In this document: in pieces, positions 48,578 to 56,693 of the stretch
Position numbering within the stretch: position 1 is the first letter of the stretch
How the letters are laid out: the number at the start of each line of letters is the position of its first letter
Assembly (NCBI GenBank): GCA_964464925.1
Contig: CAYXLI010000028.1
Location: 3,881 to 67,880, forward strand
DNA length: 64,000 bases
Direction of reading: 5' to 3'
Source: an uncultured Solibacteraceae bacterium
Lineage (GTDB): Bacteria > Acidobacteriota > Terriglobia > Bryobacterales > Bryobacteraceae
Notes under the pieces: generated by a model
Told to the model about the DNA's origin: nothing
Seen by the model: the letters and a program-made list of their open reading frames with translations, nothing else
The model's database searches: none
Position numbers and translations under genes: made by a program

Positions 48578-49669
48578 ATGGCAACCCCTCCAGTGTTACA
48601 AAGGACGCCCGAGACCCAAGAGGATCCATCGAACCGGCTGATGGGGCTGCTGCGCGATGTCCGGGCCCGGGCGCAGAAGCTTCAGGAATGCCTAAACGAG
48701 ATCCGGAAGACGTTTCAGTTGAAGGATACGGATGCCCGAGCGCTGGAAAGCGGCCTGGCGGTCGAGGAATCCCTGCTGACATTCCAGCGCAATAACGACG
48801 GGATGCGCCAGAATCTGGCGGATATCCGTGCTCTTTTCGATGCCAACGCCGAGAGCTACTGCTGGTGCGGGGATTGGGTCGTGTTTATCGAGAACGACTG
48901 GGCGGATGTGCAGGCCCACTGGCCCGTGCCCGGGCAGGATCCGGATGAATGGCAGAGAAGAATGGATATCTCGAACCAGCACTTGGACGAGATCATCTAT
49001 CACTGCGCGTCTCTCACCGTGGCCGAGCGTGTCGGATCGAAGATGGAGAACCTTCGCGTAGGGCAGGCCTTGCGATTCGATGAACAATTCGCGGACGAAC
49101 TTCCGAATCCGGAGCACCGGAAACGCGTACTTCACGAACTGGCGTGCGAGCCCGGAGCCGTAGAGGGTGGCGTAGTGGACGAGGACTTCGGGATTATCTA
49201 CCGTGCCGCGGCGAATCCAAGATCCCAACGCGCCTCGGTATACCGCATTGTGCTTGCAGTGCTGCTGGCTATCTTCGTAGTGCCCTCCGCGTTTTACTAC
49301 GCAAGACAGCAAATGAGCAGCGCGGCGGGGAACCTGGAAAATCTGATGGTTGCCTTCCTGGCCATACAGATGGGGAGCGTTGCGCACGTTCTGATCAACG
49401 CCGTGAAAGAATACCGTTCACGGGGATCGCTCGGATTGGTTGCCATCGGGGACTGGATTCTTTGGCTACATGTGCGCGAAACCTCCATTCTGTTTGGGAT
49501 TCTGTACGTTGCCATTGGTTTCCTGGGCTTGGCGTGGACCAATCCAGACCTGAACTGGCTGACGGCCTTCTTCGCGGGTTATAGCATCGATAGCATTATT
49601 GACCTGATTCTGCCCAAGTTCGACAAGCTGGCGGCGCGGAAAGCGGCCGAGGCGCAGGGCTCCCTGTGA
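48578..49669 (+). CDS. Hypothetical protein: 210-aa soluble helical N-domain + 4 predicted TM helices
   Basis: 363 aa. The TM candidates are VYRIVLAVLLAIFVVPSAFYY, LMVAFLAIQMGSVAHVLI, ILFGILYVAIGFLGLAW and LTAFFAGYSIDSIIDLIL. I recognise no family. It ends 40 nt before the SD-led BMC-H gene. Confidence 0.7.
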   Translation: MATPPVLQRTPETQEDPSNRLMGLLRDVRARAQKLQECLNEIRKTFQLKDTDARALESGLAVEESLLTFQRNNDGMRQNLADIRALFDANAESYCWCGDWVVFIENDWADVQAHWPVPGQDPDEWQRRMDISNQHLDEIIYHCASLTVAERVGSKMENLRVGQALRFDEQFADELPNPEHRKRVLHELACEPGAVEGGVVDEDFGIIYRAAANPRSQRASVYRIVLAVLLAIFVVPSAFYYARQQMSSAAGNLENLMVAFLAIQMGSVAHVLINAVKEYRSRGSLGLVAIGDWILWLHVRETSILFGILYVAIGFLGLAWTNPDLNWLTAFFAGYSIDSIIDLILPKFDKLAARKAAEAQGSL

Positions 49670-49709
49670 TACTGTGGGAGATTCAGTTTTCTAGCGCTCA
49701 GGAGGATGT

Positions 49710-50000
49710 ATGGAAGCCCTCGGCATGATCGAAACGAAAGGATTGGTAGGCGCCATTGAAGCCGCGGATGCAATGGTGAAAGCGGCGAACGTGACCCTGC
49801 AGTCCAAGGAGTACATCGGGGCCGGCTACGTGACCGTCACGGTGCGTGGCGACGTGGGGGCTGTGAAAGCTGCAACGGATGCGGGCGCGGCTGCAGCCCG
49901 CCGCGTGGGGGAACTGGTAGCCGTTCACGTCATACCTGCCCCGCACGGCGACACCGAAAGAGTTCTGCCCGGATCGAAGAAAGCAAACGGCGCATTGTAA
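49710..50000 (+). CDS. Bacterial microcompartment hexamer shell protein (BMC-H, PduA/EutM/CcmK class)
   Basis: 96 aa. [30 protein letters not shown]...[37 protein letters not shown] is near-canonical Pfam BMC. AGGAGGA lies upstream. Confidence 0.95.
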   Translation: MEALGMIETKGLVGAIEAADAMVKAANVTLQSKEYIGAGYVTVTVRGDVGAVKAATDAGAAAARRVGELVAVHVIPAPHGDTERVLPGSKKANGAL

Positions 50001-50006
50001 TCCCAA

Positions 50007-51773
50007 ATGGTCACTGATACTGACCTGATGGCCCTGAACGAAGTCCGCAACAAGATTGAAAAAGCTTACGCGGCTTGGCAGAGCTACAGGAACTATTCGC
50101 AGGAGAAGATCGACGCTATTGTCGAAGCGTGCGCAGCCGTGGCGCGGGAGAACGCGCAGCGTCTGGCGGAACTCGCCGTCGAAGACACAGGCTACGGCAA
50201 TGCGCGAGACAAGCTGTACAAGAATCTGCTCTCGGCCGACATTCTTCCCCGGACTATGCGCGGAGTGAAGACCGTGGGCGTTCTGAAGGAGTGCAGGGAG
50301 CGCCAGATCGTCGAAATTGGCGTGCCCATGGGTGTGGTTGCCGCAATCCTTCCTACGACCAACCCGACGTCCACCGCGATTTATAAGATCCTGATCTGCC
50401 TGAAGGCAGGTAATGGAGTCGTGCTGAGCCCTCATCCGCGTGCGCGCCGTTGTTCCTGCGAGACTGCCGCACTGATGGCCGAAGCCGCGGAACGCGCCGG
50501 GGCGCCGGAAGGCATCATCCAATGCATTACGAACGCCACGATCGAAACGACGAATGAGTTAATGCGCCACAAGCGCACGGCAGCGATCCTTTCCACTGGC
50601 GGATCCGGAATCGTCAAGGCGGCTTATTCCAGCGGCAAGCCCGCATTCGGCGTCGGTCCAGGGAATGTGCCTGTAGTTGTAGATACAAGTGCGGACATTG
50701 CGGACGCCGTGGCAAAGGTGGTAGCCGGCAAATCATTCGATTACGGAACACTGTGCTCCAGCGAGCAGGCCCTGGTCGCTGAAGAGAGCATTCGCGACAA
50801 GGTTCTGAGCCAGCTGAAGGCGAGCAAGGCGTACATTTGCAATGCCGCCGAGGCGGATGCCCTCGCCCGGGTTCTGCTGCTCCCGCCGAAATGGTCTGTC
50901 AATCCGGAGTGCGTGGGTCAGGCACCGGCGAAAATTGCGCAGATGGCCGGGTTTACGGTTCCGGGCGATACATCGATACTGGCTGTGCACGTCAGCGGTG
51001 TGGGCAGAGATCATCCGCTCTCGGCAGAGAAACTCTCTCCGGTGCTGTCGCTATTCTTTGTGAAGGATTTCGAGGCGTGCCTGCAAACGGCGGAGGCCAT
51101 TCTGCGCTTCGGCGGCCTGGGACATACCTGCGTCATCCACGCAAAGAATGATGCGCGAATCCGGGAGTTTTCCGTCCGAATGCCTGCGATGCGCGTGCTC
51201 GCGAACAGTTCCGCCCCGCAGGGTTCCGTGGGGATCACCACCAACCTGCAGCCTGCGATGACACTCGGCTGCGGCGCCATTGCCGGAAACATTACGGGAG
51301 ACAATATCGGACCGAAGCATCTGGTCAATGTGAAGCGTCTAGCCTATGCAGTGCGAAACGCGGACGAAGCATTCGATTACCAGGTGGGTTCTTCCCGCAC
51401 GGGAAACATGGACGGCAAGGTGGACAGGCAGACCGTGGTCAGCGCGGTGGAGCGCTACCTGACAGAGCGCGGTCTCGCTCCGGTGATGCGAAAGAATTCC
51501 ACCAGTGCGGCGGAGAGCGTAGTGGACAAGTTCTTATCCGGGCGGCGCAGCACTGAAGCGCCCGCCGCACCCTCCTGCGCATGCAATGTGGAGCCCCCTG
51601 CACCCGCGCCCGAGCCTGCCGTAACGATCGTCAATTTCGTGTGCGAAAACGACGTGCGTGCGGCCATACAGAAGAACCAGAAGATCTACATCGGCCCGAA
51701 GACTATCGTGACTCCGTCGGCGCGCGATCTCGCGTCCGCTCATGATACGCTCGTGGTCGCCAAACGGTCATGA
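50007..51773 (+). CDS. CoA-acylating aldehyde dehydrogenase (EutE/PduP/AdhE-N type) with 132-aa C-terminal extension
   Basis: 588 aa. It reads AILPTTNPTSTAIYK, SPHPRA, STGGSGIVKAAYSSGKPAFGVGPGNVP and the catalytic Cys in FDYGTLCSSEQ. From aa 457 there are two amphipathic helices, a Pro/Ala linker and a 50-aa terminal module. Confidence 0.9.
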   Translation: MVTDTDLMALNEVRNKIEKAYAAWQSYRNYSQEKIDAIVEACAAVARENAQRLAELAVEDTGYGNARDKLYKNLLSADILPRTMRGVKTVGVLKECRERQIVEIGVPMGVVAAILPTTNPTSTAIYKILICLKAGNGVVLSPHPRARRCSCETAALMAEAAERAGAPEGIIQCITNATIETTNELMRHKRTAAILSTGGSGIVKAAYSSGKPAFGVGPGNVPVVVDTSADIADAVAKVVAGKSFDYGTLCSSEQALVAEESIRDKVLSQLKASKAYICNAAEADALARVLLLPPKWSVNPECVGQAPAKIAQMAGFTVPGDTSILAVHVSGVGRDHPLSAEKLSPVLSLFFVKDFEACLQTAEAILRFGGLGHTCVIHAKNDARIREFSVRMPAMRVLANSSAPQGSVGITTNLQPAMTLGCGAIAGNITGDNIGPKHLVNVKRLAYAVRNADEAFDYQVGSSRTGNMDGKVDRQTVVSAVERYLTERGLAPVMRKNSTSAAESVVDKFLSGRRSTEAPAAPSCACNVEPPAPAPEPAVTIVNFVCENDVRAAIQKNQKIYIGPKTIVTPSARDLASAHDTLVVAKRS

Positions 51774-52255
51774 GCTTGAACCTCGACACTCTAAAAACTG
51801 AAATACCGGACTACCTGCGCGAGCAAGGCTTCGTTGTCTTCTACGGGTACCCGAGGGAGTGGGATCCGTCCTCCGAGGTTTCCTGGGATTCCAAGAAATA
51901 TCCCGACTACAAGGCCTTCGCGGAGACTGCAAAGGCGCTCGGCGTCAAGATGGTCTTGTTCCATCAATACGAATTCTCGACCGAACTGGTGGACGAGGCA
52001 CTCGATGACTTGCCGACCATGGGCTTCGAGTATGAAGATCAGCGCGCGATGGAACGCCGCCTGCGCGAATTAAGCGTGTATGAGGGATTCACCGCACGGA
52101 TCGAACTTTCCTACTCGCACGATGAGACGGTCTACCGCTTCGAACTCGAAACCGACTGGTATCGGGAGTTGAACGACATCCTGGAAGAACTGGATCTGCG
52201 AGAGGAAACCGCCGACGACGATGATACACTCGGCGGCTACTACTCGAAGAACTGA
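51770..52255 (+). CDS. Acidic hypothetical protein (161 aa)
   Basis: There is an ATGA overlap with the aldehyde dehydrogenase stop and a TGATG overlap with the recJ start. The protein is rich in D/E/Y with the tail EETADDDDTLGGYYSKN. I recognise no family. Confidence 0.7.
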   Translation: MSLNLDTLKTEIPDYLREQGFVVFYGYPREWDPSSEVSWDSKKYPDYKAFAETAKALGVKMVLFHQYEFSTELVDEALDDLPTMGFEYEDQRAMERRLRELSVYEGFTARIELSYSHDETVYRFELETDWYRELNDILEELDLREETADDDDTLGGYYSKN

Positions 52256-54009
52256 TGGCCCGATCGAAGTGGTTGCTGCCGGCGGAAGATCCAGCGGCAG
52301 TGAAGCATCTGTGCACAGAGTTGGGCATCCTGCCCCCGGCTGCGCGCGTGCTGGCAACCCGCGGCTACGCCGACCCGGAAAAGGCCCGCGCGTTTCTAAA
52401 TCCGCGGATTGAGCATCTGCACGACCCGTACCTTTTGCGCGATATGGATCGCGCCGCGGACCGCCTGGCCCGAGCCATCGCGAACAAGGAAAAGATCCTC
52501 CTCTACGGCGATTACGATGTGGACGGCACCAGTTCCGTCGTCATTCTGAAGAAGGTACTCGACGTCGCCGGAGCCGATTGCGGGTTCTACGTTCCACATC
52601 GCCTGCGCGATGGCTACGGCATGCGAAGTGATGTGATGGACCAGGCCGCGCGCGACGGCGTGCAGCTTGTAATCAGCGTGGACACGGGCATTCGCGCCGC
52701 CGCGGTTGTGGCGCATGCGCGCGAGCTCGGGATCGACGTCATCGTGACCGATCACCATTTACCTGAAGCGGAACTGCCGCCCGCCGTTGCCGTAATCAAT
52801 CCGAACCGGCCCGATTGCGCTTACCCGGAAAAGGGATTGTGCGGGGCAGGCGTTACGTTCAAGCTCGTGCAGGCGCTCCTCCGGAAACTCGCCTGGCCGG
52901 AAGACAGGCTGCGCCGGATGACGGAATCGCTGATGAAACTGGTGGCCGTGGCTACGGTTGCCGATGTGGTTCCGCTGACGGGCGAGAACCGCATCATTGT
53001 GAAGCGCGGGCTGGAAGGATTCGATCGGATCCGCAATGCGGGATTGCGCGCGCTACTGAAGGTGGCCGGCTTCCGCGAAGGCCAATGCCCGAGTTCCACG
53101 GACGTGGCATTCCGGATTGCTCCACGCATGAACGCGGCAGGACGCATGGATACTGCCGAGGCTGTGATCAGGCTGTTCCTCACCGACGATGCCGGGGAGG
53201 CCGAGACTATTGCGGCGCAGTTGCACGAACAGAATCAGGAGCGTCGCGATACCGAGGCCGGCATCGTGAATGCGATCCTGGAAAGCTGCGATCAGAGGCC
53301 TGTGCTCGACGATGAGTTCGCTCTTGTCTTCTCCGGGACCCAGTGGCACAAGGGTGTGGTCGGAATTGTAGCAAGCCGCATCGTGGAACGATTTCACAGG
53401 CCCGTGTTCGTGCTGAGCGAGGACGAGGAGCTTGGAGTCGCATCGGGATCGGGTCGAAGCATAGCGGCTTTCCATCTGCTGGAGGCGCTCGAATCCATGG
53501 GCAGCTTGTTCACGAAGTTCGGTGGACACCGTCAGGCGGCCGGCATCACGTTGCCGCTGGAATCGCTGGACGAGTTCCGCAAGCGCTTCAATGAATACGC
53601 GGCGCGCGTGCTGACGCCGGAAGACCTTTGCGCAACGCGCGAGGTGGATGCAGTAATTTCTCTGGCCGAGATCGATGGCAGAGCAGTGGATGAGGTGCTT
53701 TCACTGGCTCCGTTCGGCATGGAAAATCAGGCGCCCTCGTTCGCCGTGCTTGACGCCGAAGTGTGCAACACGTCAGTGAAGAAGGAGAAACACCTCTGGG
53801 TGAATATCCGCCAGAATCTAAGGACACTCACACTGAAAGGTTGGAACATGGCCGAACGCGTGACCGAGTTTCCAACAGGCGGGCGCGTCGATTGCATCGT
53901 TCAGTTGCAGGAAGATAGCTACAACGCGGCCCAGGGTTTCGAGCCCTGGTGTGCGGTGCTGCGCGATGTGCGCGCCGCGGCAGCGCGATCGACAATGTCA
54001 GGAAAATAG
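52255..54009 (+). CDS. recJ: Single-stranded-DNA-specific 5'-3' exonuclease RecJ
   Basis: 584 aa. It has the DHH motifs (LLYGDYDVDGTSS, VISVDTG, IVTDHH) and the DHHA1 motif (GGHRQAAG). Confidence 0.93.
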   Translation: MARSKWLLPAEDPAAVKHLCTELGILPPAARVLATRGYADPEKARAFLNPRIEHLHDPYLLRDMDRAADRLARAIANKEKILLYGDYDVDGTSSVVILKKVLDVAGADCGFYVPHRLRDGYGMRSDVMDQAARDGVQLVISVDTGIRAAAVVAHARELGIDVIVTDHHLPEAELPPAVAVINPNRPDCAYPEKGLCGAGVTFKLVQALLRKLAWPEDRLRRMTESLMKLVAVATVADVVPLTGENRIIVKRGLEGFDRIRNAGLRALLKVAGFREGQCPSSTDVAFRIAPRMNAAGRMDTAEAVIRLFLTDDAGEAETIAAQLHEQNQERRDTEAGIVNAILESCDQRPVLDDEFALVFSGTQWHKGVVGIVASRIVERFHRPVFVLSEDEELGVASGSGRSIAAFHLLEALESMGSLFTKFGGHRQAAGITLPLESLDEFRKRFNEYAARVLTPEDLCATREVDAVISLAEIDGRAVDEVLSLAPFGMENQAPSFAVLDAEVCNTSVKKEKHLWVNIRQNLRTLTLKGWNMAERVTEFPTGGRVDCIVQLQEDSYNAAQGFEPWCAVLRDVRAAAARSTMSGK

Positions 54010-54333
54010 AAGAACCATTCCGGCACTTCTGACGCGAAAGACACAAATCGCGGTACGAAATCTGATCCGGCACTCATCAAAACAAGAATTAGTACCTACT
54101 GTTTTTGCTGTAGACTAGCGAGAAACTATTTTCTGTAAACATCACATTTTAACAGACATAGAGCAACTCACCGAGTAGTCCGGACTACCGTCCGGTACTA
54201 TCGATACCTCGCCTTCCCAGTACAACCTGATCTTGAACGCTGCAAACACCTCTGATAGTATCCAGTGCAAATAACAAACACAGGCACCATTTTCTGATGC
54301 TTGCGTTCATTCTGACCTGAATAGGAGAACAAA

Positions 54334-55092
54334 TTGAAGACGAAGCTCTTCTTTATGGCTATTAGTGTGTTCGCGAGTGCGAGTATCGGTTCCGCAGCCG
54401 TCGTCGATGTCACTCCCGACAATATGAACGGATGGGCATTCATCGTCGAAAGTGGTGCAGGGAGCGGACAGATGGTAACCGGACCTGGGGCACCGCCGCT
54501 CGGCATCGGAAGTGCCGAACTTACTGCGGCCAGCACTGGGGATCGTATTCTTCTGGCCACCGGTGGGTATGCGGGCGTGAGATTTGATTCGATCACAGGC
54601 CTGCAATACAGCACTTATCGCTCTTCCGGGGGAAGCGCGCTCGCTCCTTCGCTGCAATTCGATGTCGATACGGATCTAACCGACACGAACACGAGTTGGC
54701 AGGGGCGGCTGGTATACGAGCCATATCTTACTCAGACTGTCCTCGACAACACGTGGCAGACCTGGAGCCCGCTGACTTCAGGCGCCAATTGGTGGTTCTC
54801 TGGCGCGCCTGGAAATAGTGTTTGTACGAACGCATCCCCCTGCACATGGGCCCAGGTGCTTACCAGCTTCCCGAACGCTGGCATTCGCGTAGGCGGAGGC
54901 ACGGAATTTAAGGCGGGTGGCGGGTGGACCAATTTCGTAGGAAACGTGGACGCCTTCGGCATTCAACTGGCTGGCCAGAGTGAAGCAACTGTTTTCAACT
55001 TTGATACTCCGGAACCGTCCACCTGGCTGACGGCTGCCGCCGGTTTGGTATTCCTGCTTCGAAAGAAAATCAGCCGTCGCGCTAATGCTTAA
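54334..55092 (+). CDS. PEP-CTERM-anchored secreted protein
   Basis: 252 aa with a TTG start after AGGAGAA. It has a signal peptide, and the C-terminus FDTPEPSTWLTAAAGLVFLLRKKISRR is a PEP motif + TM + basic tail, i.e. an exosortase sorting signal. Confidence 0.85.
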   Translation: MKTKLFFMAISVFASASIGSAAVVDVTPDNMNGWAFIVESGAGSGQMVTGPGAPPLGIGSAELTAASTGDRILLATGGYAGVRFDSITGLQYSTYRSSGGSALAPSLQFDVDTDLTDTNTSWQGRLVYEPYLTQTVLDNTWQTWSPLTSGANWWFSGAPGNSVCTNASPCTWAQVLTSFPNAGIRVGGGTEFKAGGGWTNFVGNVDAFGIQLAGQSEATVFNFDTPEPSTWLTAAAGLVFLLRKKISRRANA

Positions 55093-56629
55093 TAGCCGGA
55101 TACTGGATGCCAAGCTGCTGCAGGTACGTGTCGTACTTGGATGGGTCGAATCTAAGCTTATTGAGCTCCGGCCGGAAGCGGTCCATCTTGTCCTTATTCA
55201 GGTAGACAGGCGGCTTGGTGTCCAGTGGAATGAGCGATCTCCACTGGACATTCTTAGTCTGCTCGGCAAAATAGATTTTCGCTTCGCGTAGGATCTCGGG
55301 CTTCAGCAACAGGTCCATGGCCGTCAGCGCGTAAGCAACTGCGCCGGCTGTCGCACCTTTGTGCGCGATGGGCGTCGCCATTGCAATGCCGCTCGACCAA
55401 TGATGTCCGGTCATGCCCGGAATGTTTCCCGGATAGCGGAGCACGACAGTCGGCAGGTTCCAGGACACCTCAGCAATATCGTCGGATCCCGCGTTTCCCT
55501 GCCCCGGAGGTGTGGTCTTCATGTCCGGCACGCTCGTGGGGAGCCCAGTCTCCTTTGAGTTCAGCTCCTTCTGCGCTGCGCGCGCGAGTTTCTGATCATT
55601 CTCGTCCCATTGCGGCATACCAACGGCTTTGATATTGGACATGAGCGCTTCGGCGATAGGCTTGTTGAAGTGGCCGGGCCATGCAGCACCGAGCACGCGC
55701 TCCGTCATGGTCGTGTCCGTCATCATCGCCGCCGCCCCTGCGATCTTCGTGCCGATGTTGTGCAGGTCCCGAATGCGGTCATAATCCCATTCGCGGAAGT
55801 AATACCAGACTGTCGCTTCCGGCGGGACCACATTCGGCTGGTCCCCTCCGTGGGTAATCACATAATGCGAGCGCTGTTCAGGGCGAAGATGTTCGCGCCG
55901 GAAGTTCCATCCTATATCCATGAGTTCCACCGCATCCAAGGCGCTACGTCCCAGCCAGGGCGAACCAGCAGCGTGAGCGCTGGCGCCATGGAAAGAGTAC
56001 TGCGTGGAGACGAGGCCGGAGCCGCTCGGCCCCCAGGTTGTGCCGAACTCACTCGCAATGTGCGAGCTGAGCATCACGTCGAGATCTTTGAATAATCCGG
56101 AGTTCACCATGTAGGTTCGGCTTCCGAGCAACTCTTCCGCTATGCCTGGATAGAGCCGCAGCGTACCGGGAATGTGGTGGCGCTGCATCAGGCTTTTGAC
56201 GACGAGTGCGGCCGTGACGTTCAGCGCCTGGCCGGCATTGTGGCCCTCTCCATGTCCAGGGCCATTCTGGATGAGTGGATCGTGATAGGCGACTCCCGGC
56301 TTCTGCGAGGTCTCCGGCAGACCATCGATATCGGCCATGAAGCCGATTATAGGTTTACCCGATCCCCATTCCGCCACCCAGGCAGTAGGCATACCGGCCA
56401 CTCCGCGCTGGATATGGAAGCCTTCCTTTTCGAGAATGCCGGTAATGTAGCTCGACGTCTCCTGCTCCTGGTAACCGAGTTCGGAGAAGCTGAAGATTGA
56501 GTCGACCATCACCTGCGTGAACTTACGGCGGCCTTCCACCATTTCCCGGGCAGCTTGCTTCAGCACCTCAGGTGAGGGCGTCTGCGCCAGAAGAGGGAAT
56601 GCAAGGAGAGCGAAGAGGCAGCGGAACAT
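55082..56629 (-). CDS. Secreted M20-family amidohydrolase (AbgB-like)
   Basis: Track ORF 55082..56662. Starting at M12 gives the signal peptide MFRCLFALLAFPLLAQ. It contains SELGYQE...GFMADIDGLP...GPGHGEGHN...GIAEELLG...HGASAHAA. Confidence 0.85.
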   Translation of the reverse strand: MFRCLFALLAFPLLAQTPSPEVLKQAAREMVEGRRKFTQVMVDSIFSFSELGYQEQETSSYITGILEKEGFHIQRGVAGMPTAWVAEWGSGKPIIGFMADIDGLPETSQKPGVAYHDPLIQNGPGHGEGHNAGQALNVTAALVVKSLMQRHHIPGTLRLYPGIAEELLGSRTYMVNSGLFKDLDVMLSSHIASEFGTTWGPSGSGLVSTQYSFHGASAHAAGSPWLGRSALDAVELMDIGWNFRREHLRPEQRSHYVITHGGDQPNVVPPEATVWYYFREWDYDRIRDLHNIGTKIAGAAAMMTDTTMTERVLGAAWPGHFNKPIAEALMSNIKAVGMPQWDENDQKLARAAQKELNSKETGLPTSVPDMKTTPPGQGNAGSDDIAEVSWNLPTVVLRYPGNIPGMTGHHWSSGIAMATPIAHKGATAGAVAYALTAMDLLLKPEILREAKIYFAEQTKNVQWRSLIPLDTKPPVYLNKDKMDRFRPELNKLRFDPSKYDTYLQQLGIQYPAIKH

Positions 56630-56693
56630 TGTTTGCCTGCCAGAATAGCACCCGCGAAGCAAATGCTAGCCCGTGCGGAACGACAACGGCTGT

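Noticed and set aside
49698-50522. 274-aa minus-strand ORF
   Set aside because: It is antisense to the BMC-H and aldehyde dehydrogenase genes, both of which have canonical motifs.
54276-54300. Sigma-54-like GGCAC...TGCTTGC upstream of the PEP-CTERM gene
   Set aside because: The spacing between the GG and GC dinucleotides is 16 or 20 nt, not the canonical spacing.
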